A program made the translations under genes and the position numbers. Positions 23,801 through 32,800 of a stretch of 64,000 bases of DNA are shown here, in pieces; the stretch's first letter is position 1; each line of letters starts with the position of its first letter. This DNA is from Mobula hypostoma (Eukaryota). The stretch is taken from assembly GCF_963921235.1 (NCBI RefSeq), contig NC_086107.1, positions 46,872,001 through 46,936,000 on the forward strand, written 5' to 3'. The notes below the pieces were generated by a model. It was not told the DNA's origin, ran no database searches, and worked only from the letters and a program-made list of their open reading frames with translations.

Positions 23801-26800
23801 ACAGTATCTTCTCCATTAATGGACAAGATGACAGTTGAACCACAATACCCAGAGCCAGGAAACGAAGCAACATTCCTATGCGTTGCTTATGGCTTCTTTC
23901 CAGAGAATGTCATGTTTATGTGGTTCAAAAATGATAAGAGGATTGATGATAATGAAATAATTTCTACCACCCCAGAGATAGATAAAAATACCGGCTTCTT
24001 CTACAGCGAGAGTCGATATAAATACATAATTTCAGTAAAAGATCGTCAAATTGATTTCAAAGTTGAGGCTCTTCATTTTCCAACTTCTCACAGACCTACA
24101 AGGATTTTTCACACCTTGCACCTTGGAGGTATGAATTCAATGTATTCTTAATTTCTACATTTAAACTGTTTTAGAGAGCTACATATTTCTATAGCTATCA
24201 ACATGTCAAAATTTCACACATTTAATAACACAAAATTGTTACACTGAAATGTGTGTGTTTTTATTAAAAGACTACAAATACACATGTAGTAAATCATGCT
24301 ATACAAACTTTATGGTAAAATTTCCTACTTGTCAGTCAAATTTTGGGAAAGAAATTGCATTTAAACTATTAGAAATTAGAATTTATTAAAAAATTTCTGT
24401 AATTAAGTAAAAACAAAAGAGAGATGCCCTGATCCAGTTGACTGTTTGCTGTTTTGTTTGGAAATAACAACATTCAGTGCACATTGTAAAAATGGAAGGT
24501 GAAGAGTCACTGGCTGATTTGAAGACCACAAGTTTAGCCAGCTGCTGCAGACGCTTTAGAATTATTAATAGGGCCCAGGATGATACCCTGCAGTTATTCT
24601 GGGGATTTGATTTGCTCTTTAACTGCGCCCCAAATGGAATCCAGTGATGTAACTTAGAGGTTACATGGATTCCTTGGCATCTTTCTGGGAAATTGCTTCA
24701 CCTTATTGCTAGATTCCTGTGGTGGAACTCAGTGTTGCTAGGGTTCCCTGGTGCTATTTTGGGGAATAGTTTGCTGCATCACTGATCTCTCCATGGAGTT
24801 TGAATAGAGACTCAAGCCACTGCTTCAGATTCGCTAGCATTATTATACGGGATTGCCACTTGAATCCTGTGTCAGATCCAACCTGCTTCAGCATCTGAGA
24901 TCACATTCTTTTTAAAGTGGGTTAAAGAGCAGGCAAGGAACTTCTATCAATTATTTTCTTTTTATGTTATTGGTTGGCATCCATCTGTTGAAGGAAAAGA
25001 GTGATGACCATCATCACAAGCCTGGACAGAAGATAATGGAGATCCTGAGATGCCCAGTCATCAAGATCCCTCTCTTGGCCTCACCAGTGTAGTCCAAAGG
25101 AAAGCCGATGAAACAATACATTTTGTACAAGTATGGCTGCAGGAGCTGCCGGATGAATGTTCAATATTGTCCAACCACCTTAAGGGCTCCACTCCGGATT
25201 TGCTGTCTGGGTTTACTCCCATAGCCTTTGTCTCTCCTAAGGCTGCCCACAAGGCAATGGGGCTATTTACTTATAGCTGGGGATCTGGTTCACAAGCACC
25301 AAGGCGTGTCTATTTGCTGCTGGGCCTGCGTGCTATGTGTGCAGGGACCAGACCTCCTCCCCATCCTCTGTAGTTCAGCCCGAGTCCAAAAGGAATTCAG
25401 TTTCCATGTGTTTGCAATGAGGAGGCACTGCTTGGGGCTTGCTGTTGGAGAGGCCATGTACTGGCAGGGAGAGATTTACACATTTGGGTATCCTTTTCGC
25501 GAGACTGCGAGCCAGCGGTGGAAGCTGAAAGTAAGAGTGACAAACACTACCACACTAGATGCATCACAACAACCATTTTGACACTATTATTAATTATTAT
25601 CCATTTAAAGCTTTAAACTGTTTTATGTTCATATTCTTGATGTTGTATAATTAAGTTTTTTAAATTAACTCTGGGTGTTAGAAACATTAAAAAGTTTAAG
25701 AAATTTTATGTTTTTACTGCCTGTAAAAATTCTGCCTCCATTTGTGCCTGTGCTAGATGGTTGGGTTACTTTAGATTTGGGACCTGGTACAGTTACCGTT
25801 GCTGCTGGACTATTGGATGTGGAGGTAGATTGGCCTTCTACATCTGGATAAAATAAACAAATGTGTGGGACAAGTTCAAACCATAATTCTGGGTATGAAG
25901 ACTTCTCTGCAATGTCTGGCCCTTTTATATTATTCAAAGAACATTACACAGTGATAAAAATAAGTATGCATCAATGAGGTGAACTGAATTTTGTCATGTG
26001 ACAATACGTTAGATGTTTCAGCTATCTAACCCAAGTTGAATCTCAATATTGAATTGTCCAACTCTAGTTAGCACACACAAAATGGTGGAGGAACTCAGCT
26101 GGACTATTGGATGTACAATATAAAAGGGCCAGATGTAGAAGGCCAATCTACCTCCACATCCAATAGGCCAGGCAGCGTCTATGGAAAAGAGAAAGCAGTC
26201 AATGTTTTGGGACATCAGAACTGGTAAAAAGATGAGAAGTCAGAGCAAGAAGGTGGGGGGAGAGGAGGAGAGGAAGAAGTACAAGGTGATAGGTGAAACC
26301 GGGGGCCGGGGGGGCGGGGTAAAGTAAAGAGTTGGGAAGTTGATTGATTAAAAAATAAATAAAAGGCTGGAGAAGGGGGAATCTGATAGATACTGGAAGA
26401 CCATGGAAGAAAGGCAAAGGGGAGGAGCACAGAGGGAGATGATGAACAGGTAAAGAGACGAGGTGAAAGAGGGAAACGGGATTGGGGAATGGTGAAGGGG
26501 GACAATTAACATAAGTTAGAGAACTCAATGTTCATGCCATCAGGTTGGAGGTTACCCAGACGGAATATAAGATGTTGCTCCTCCAGCCTGAGTGTGATCT
26601 CATTCTGGCAGTAGAGGAGGCCATGGTCTGACATGTAGGTATGGGAATGGGAAGTAGAATTGAAATGGCTGGCCACCAACTTTTGTCAACTTGTTTTTTC
26701 TTTCTGTTTTTATCTGGACTTGCCATTTGTAATTTCAATACTGCTTCATCCTCTCACCCACTCCTTTCCTTTCTTTCATTTTCTTTTCTGGCCTGCTGAG

Positions 26801-29800
26801 CATGAAAGCCAGATGAATCAACAGGACCAAGACTGCAAAATGTTAGCAATGTGTTACACATATATTCATTCAATAGTAATAACATTACACCCCGTTTGTT
26901 CCACCCATTGTCCTTCCTCATCTCCTCTGCTGTTTCAACTAACGTCCACTTTGTTTACTTCTTCGTTCTGTTGAAGGGTTGTCCATCTGCAGCGTTAACC
27001 ATTTTCTCTTTCCGCACATGCTGCTTGACAACTGAGTTCTTCCTGCAGTTCCATTCTTTTCTCAGATTCCAACATTTGCATTTTTATTTGCTTTCCAAAT
27101 ATTTCTTTGGTAAGTGGGAGCCATTTCTTGGTTACCAGCTAATTAAGTAAGTACAATTTAGTAAGACTGAAACACATAGAAAAGCTGTTTTGAAGTGTTT
27201 TTATATATTGTCAGTTGATTAGTTTTAAATTTAGTCAGTTCTTTTGGAAACGGTGTCTGCTTTTTCTTCAAATAGGAATTCCAAAGCTTTCTGATGTCAT
27301 TCTCGAGCCAGAAAATCCATTATATGGCCAGCCTCTTGTTCTTAAATGTAATGTAACCAGTTTTTCTCACAATGAAATTTCCACCCAATGGCTAATGGAT
27401 GAGGAACCCTTCTTAAAAGGAGTAAAAAATTCAAGCCCCATAATGGGAAAGGATGGATCTTATCATTTGTCCTCCTGTCTGGAGTTTATACCAACAGCAT
27501 TGCATTATAATAAGAAATTTGCCATTGTGGTGAAAAATGGACTTTCATCTGATGGTATTAAAAAGCAGTTTCGTTTACCGCTTCCAGGTAAGTTAAACTG
27601 GTGCAAAACCCTATACGTTTATTAATTTTGTTAGCAAGAACTGAATTTGTCAGAGTAAAAAAACCAACTGCTAATTGTTTTTGAATAACATAATTTGTTT
27701 TCATATATTTGTTTCCAGCATGGGCCCAGGTGAGTTTATAAACCTTTACTTGAGTAAAGGTATTAATAGCAGAAAAGAAAGGACTTTGAATTGAAGTACA
27801 ATTGAGTCCAGTTAATTGGGACACATCAGACCTGTACATTTTGGTCCAGTTAAGTGGCTGCCCAATTAGCCTAAGTTTCATGGAAATAGTAAGAGACAAA
27901 CTACCATTTAACTGAATAACAAATTATGTATTTAAATGAAATACAGAACAAATTAGAACACTATCAATACCACTACAGTGCTATAAAACTGTATTAGTTC
28001 CTAGTAGTTCATCCAGTGTACATTGCTGCTTCTTTTGATTGATTATAAATGAACAAAATCAGTGCAGACAATGGGCTGCCTTCATACAATGCTATTGATG
28101 ACTGCAATCACCAAATCTTCATTATCGTTATACGATTGTCAATACCTTCAAACTCTTTTTCTTTCTTAACTTGGTTAAGTGGTGTAATCATTTCATTTTC
28201 ACTCCTAGCTGTTCCTAGTATCTCCAAGCCTGAATACTCGAAACCACAGCAAGCAAAGCGGTTCTGAATCGTCTTACTGCTTGTTTCTCACCAATGATCA
28301 GTGACAAAAATCAGTGCTCTATAAACACAAGCACATTCAACTGATGCTCCTTAAAAACAGCTCACTCCAAGCACAGTGTAACTTCTAATGGTCACACAAG
28401 TGCATGCATTTGACGCCAGTTAGAAACTTCCACAACATTCTCCTGCCCCAAATAAGTGGCGTAGTGCCCCCGAATAAAGGAAGAAGTTCCTGGCTTTTTT
28501 CTTGATGAGTTTTGTTCTTTGAAAGTGTCCAAAATAGTGGGAAGATTTGCAAATGTTGCACAGGGGGGTGGGGGCATGGTTTAAACTAGAGTTGCAGGGT
28601 GCACAGAACAGTTCGTGGAGTGGTTATGAAGAAAAATGTAAATCATATATAACCATATAACAATTACAGCATGGAAACATGCCTTCTCGGCCTTTCTAGT
28701 CCGTGCCAAAAGCCTACTCTCACCTAGTCCCACCGACCTGCACTCAGCCCATAACCTTCCATTCCTTCCCAATTTTACGTTAAATGACAATATCAAGCCT
28801 GCCTCCACCACTTTTACTGGAAGCTCGTTCCACACAGCTACCACTCTCTGAGTAAAGAAGTTTCCCCTCACATTACCCCTAAACTTTTGCCCCCTCTCAA
28901 CTCATGTCCTCTTGTTTGAATCTCCCCTACTCTCAATGGAAAAAGCCTATCCACGTCAACTCTATCCACCCCCCTCAACCTTCTACGCTCCAAAGAATAA
29001 AGACCCAACTTGTTCAACCTTTCTCTGTAATTTAGGTGCTGAAACCCAGGTAACATTATAGTAAATCTTCTCTATACTCTTTCTATTTTGTTGACATCTT
29101 TTCTATAATTCGGTGACCAGAACTGTAGACAGTACTCCAAATTTGGCCTTACCAATGCCTTGTACAATTTTAACATTACATCCCAACTCCTATACTCAAT
29201 GCTCTGATTTATAAAGGCCAGCATATCAAAAGCTTTCTTCACCACCCTATCCACATGAGATTCCATCTTCAGGGAACTATGCACCATTATTACTAGATCA
29301 CTCTGTTCTACTGCATTCTTCAATGCCCTATCATTTACCATGTATGTCCCATTTTGATTAGTCCTCCCAAAATGTAGCACCTCACACTCATCAGTATTAA
29401 ACTCCATTTGCCATCTTTCAGCCCACTATTCTAACTGGCCTAAATTTCTCTGCAAGCTTTGAAAGCCTCCTTCATTATCCACAATGCCACCTATCTTGGT
29501 ATCATCTGCATTCTTACTAATCCAATTTACCACCCCATCAGTCACCGGCCTCCAACCTGACAAGCAGTTATCCACCACTACTCTCTGGCCTCTCCCATCC
29601 TGCCAATGTTGAATCCATTTTACTACTTCAATATTAATACCTAACATTTGAATCTTCCTAACTAACCTTCCATGTGGAACCTTGTCAAAGGCCTTACTGA
29701 AGTCCATATAGATAACATCCACTGCGTTACCCTCGTTAACTTTCCTAGTAACCTCTTCAAAAAATTCAATTTGTCAAACATGACCTTCCACGCACAAATC

Positions 29801-32800
29801 CATGTTGACTGTTCCTAATCAGACCCTGACTATCCGGATAGTTATATATACCATCTCTAAGAATACCTTCCATTAATTTACCCACCACTGTTGTCAAACT
29901 TACAGGCGGATAATTGCTAGATTTACTCTTTGAACCCTTTTTAAGCAATGGAACAACATGAGCAATACGCCAATCCTCCAGCACCATTCCCGTTTCTAAT
30001 GACATCTGAAATATTTCAGTCAGAGCCCCTGCTATTTCGACACTAACTTCCCTCAAGGTCCTGGGGAATATCCTGTCAGGACCCGGAGACTTACAACTTT
30101 TATATTCCTTAAACGCGCCAATACTTCCTCTTCTTTAATCATCATAGTTTCCAAAACATCCCTACCTGTTTCCTTTACCTTACACAATTCAATATCCTTC
30201 TCCTGAGTGAATACCGAAGAAAAGAAATTGTTCAAAATCTCCCCCATCTCTTTTGGTTCCACACATAGCTGTCCATTCCGATTCTCTAAGGGACCAATTT
30301 TATCCCTCACTATCCTTTTGCTATTAATATAACTGTAGAAACCCTTTGGATTTATTTTCACCTTACTTGCTAAAGCAACCTCGCCTCTTCTTTTAGCTTT
30401 TCGAATTTCTTTCTTAAGATACTTTTTACATTCTTTATATTCCTCGAGCACCTCATTTACTCCATGCTGCCTATATTTATTGTAGATATCTCTCTTTTTC
30501 CGAACCAAGTTTCCAATATCCCTTGAAAACCATGGCTCTCTCAAACTTTTAACCTTTCCTTCCAACCTAACAGGAACATAAAGATTCTGTACCCTCAAAC
30601 TTTCACCTCAATGACCTCCATTTCTCTATTACATCTTTACCATAAAACAAATTGTCCTAATCCACTCCTTCTAAATCCTTTCGCATCTCCTTATAGTTAG
30701 CCTTTCTCTGCTCAAAAATCTCAACCTGGGTCCAGACTTATCCTTCTCCATAACTATATTGAAACTAATGGCATTGTGGTCACTGGACCCGAAGTGCTCC
30801 CCAACATATAATTCCGTCACCTGACCTATCTCATTCCCTAATAGGAGATCCAACACTGCCCATTCTCTAGTTGGTACCTCTATGTATTGTTGCCAAAAAC
30901 TACCCTGCACACATTTTACAAACTCCAAACCATCCAGCCCTTTTACAGTATGGGCTCCCAATCTATGTGTGGAAAATTAAAATCTCCCACAATGACACCC
31001 TTGTGCTTACTACAGATATCTGCTATCTCCTTACAAATTTGCTCCTCCAATTCTCGCTCCCCATTAGGTGGTCTATAATACACCCCTATGTGTTACTACA
31101 CCTTTCCCATTCCTCAATTCCACCCAAATCCTCCCTAGACAAGCCCTGTAATCTATCCTGCCAGAGCACCGCTGTAATATTCTCTCTGACAAGCAATGCA
31201 ACACCTCCCCCTCTTGTCCCTCTGATTCTATCACACCCTCCTGCAACCATGTTTCACTAATAGCTACAACATCATACTTCCAGGTATCAATCCATGCTCC
31301 AAGCTCATTCACCTTTTTTACAATGCTCCTAGCATTAAAATAAACAGTTTCCAAATCCTACATACAAAATTGGGAATCAGTAGTTTGAACATGGTGGGAC
31401 TAATGTTCTGATCTGCGTATATTTCAATGCAAGGAGTATTGTAGAAAAGCGGATGAATTTAGGGCATGGATCAGCACATGGAATTATGACATTGTAGCTA
31501 TTAGTGAGACTTTGTTGCAGGAGGGGCAGGACTGGCAGTTCTGGAGTTAAGTTGTTTCAGATGTGATAGAGCAGGAGGGATTAGAGGAGGGAGGGGTGTC
31601 GTGGTAGTGCTCAGACAGGAGATCTTGGTCACTAAGGCTTTATACGTAGAACTGAAGATTAAGAAAGGCATGAGCACATTAATGGGATTATATTATGGAC
31701 CACCCAACACTCCACAGGATTTAAGAAGAGCAAATTTGTAGAGAGATTGCTGACTCTTTCAGGAAACATGAGGTTGTAATAGGTGATTTTAACCTTCCAC
31801 ATATTGACTGGGACTTCCATAAAGGCTTGATGGGATAGAATTTGTCAAATGTGTTCAGGAAAGTTTCCTTAATTAGTACATAGAAGTCCCAATGAGAGTG
31901 TGGGCAATATTTGATTTGCTATTAGGGAATGAGACAGGGCAGGTGACAGAAGTTTGTGTACGAGAACACTTTGCATCCAGCGACCACAATGCCATTGCTT
32001 TCAAAATAAATATGCAAAAAGATAGATCTGGTCCATAGGTTGAGATTCTAATTTGGAGCAAGGTCTATTCTGATGGTATCAGAGAGGATCTGGCAAGTGT
32101 GAATTGGGACAGACTATTTCTGACTGCGGTGTACTTGGTAAGTGGGAGGCTTTCAAAAGTGAAACTTTGGAAGTACAGAGTTTGTATGTTCCTGTCAGAA
32201 TAAAAGGCAAGGATAACAGGTTTAGTAACCTTCAGTTTTCGAAAGATAATCAGGTGCTGGTTAAGACAAAAATGGAAGAGCATAGCAGGTATGTTATAGA
32301 CAGGCAGGAACAAATGAGGTTCTTGAGGAGTAGAAGAAATGCAAGAGAACACTTAAGAAGAAAATCAGGAGGGCTAAAAGAAGGCACGAGGTTTCTCTAG
32401 CAGACAAGGTGAAGGAGAATCCTAAGGTCTTCTCAGATATATTAAAACCAAAAGGATAGCAAAGGACCAACACTGGTCCTCTGGAGGATGAAAGTGGTAA
32501 TCTATAAGTGAAACCAAAAGAGATGGGGGAGATCTTGAATGGATATTTTTTTACATTTGTATTTAATTGGAAGATGGACGCATAGTCTATGGATGTGAAG
32601 CAAGGCAGCAGTGAGGTCTTGGACCCTATACAGATTACAGAGGAAGACGTATTTGCTATCTTGAGGCGAGTTAGGATGGATAAATCCCCAGGGCCTAACA
32701 AGGTATTTCCCTGGACCCTGTGGGAGGCTAGAGCAGAAATTGTAGGGACCCTAGGAGAGATATTTAAAACATCCTTAGGTATGGGTGAGGTTCCAGAGAA

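Noticed and set aside
24005-24030. ITIM-like SRYKYI (also TNYVPL in the last exon)
   Set aside because: Both fall in predicted core strands or loops of the Ig fold and are probably not accessible.
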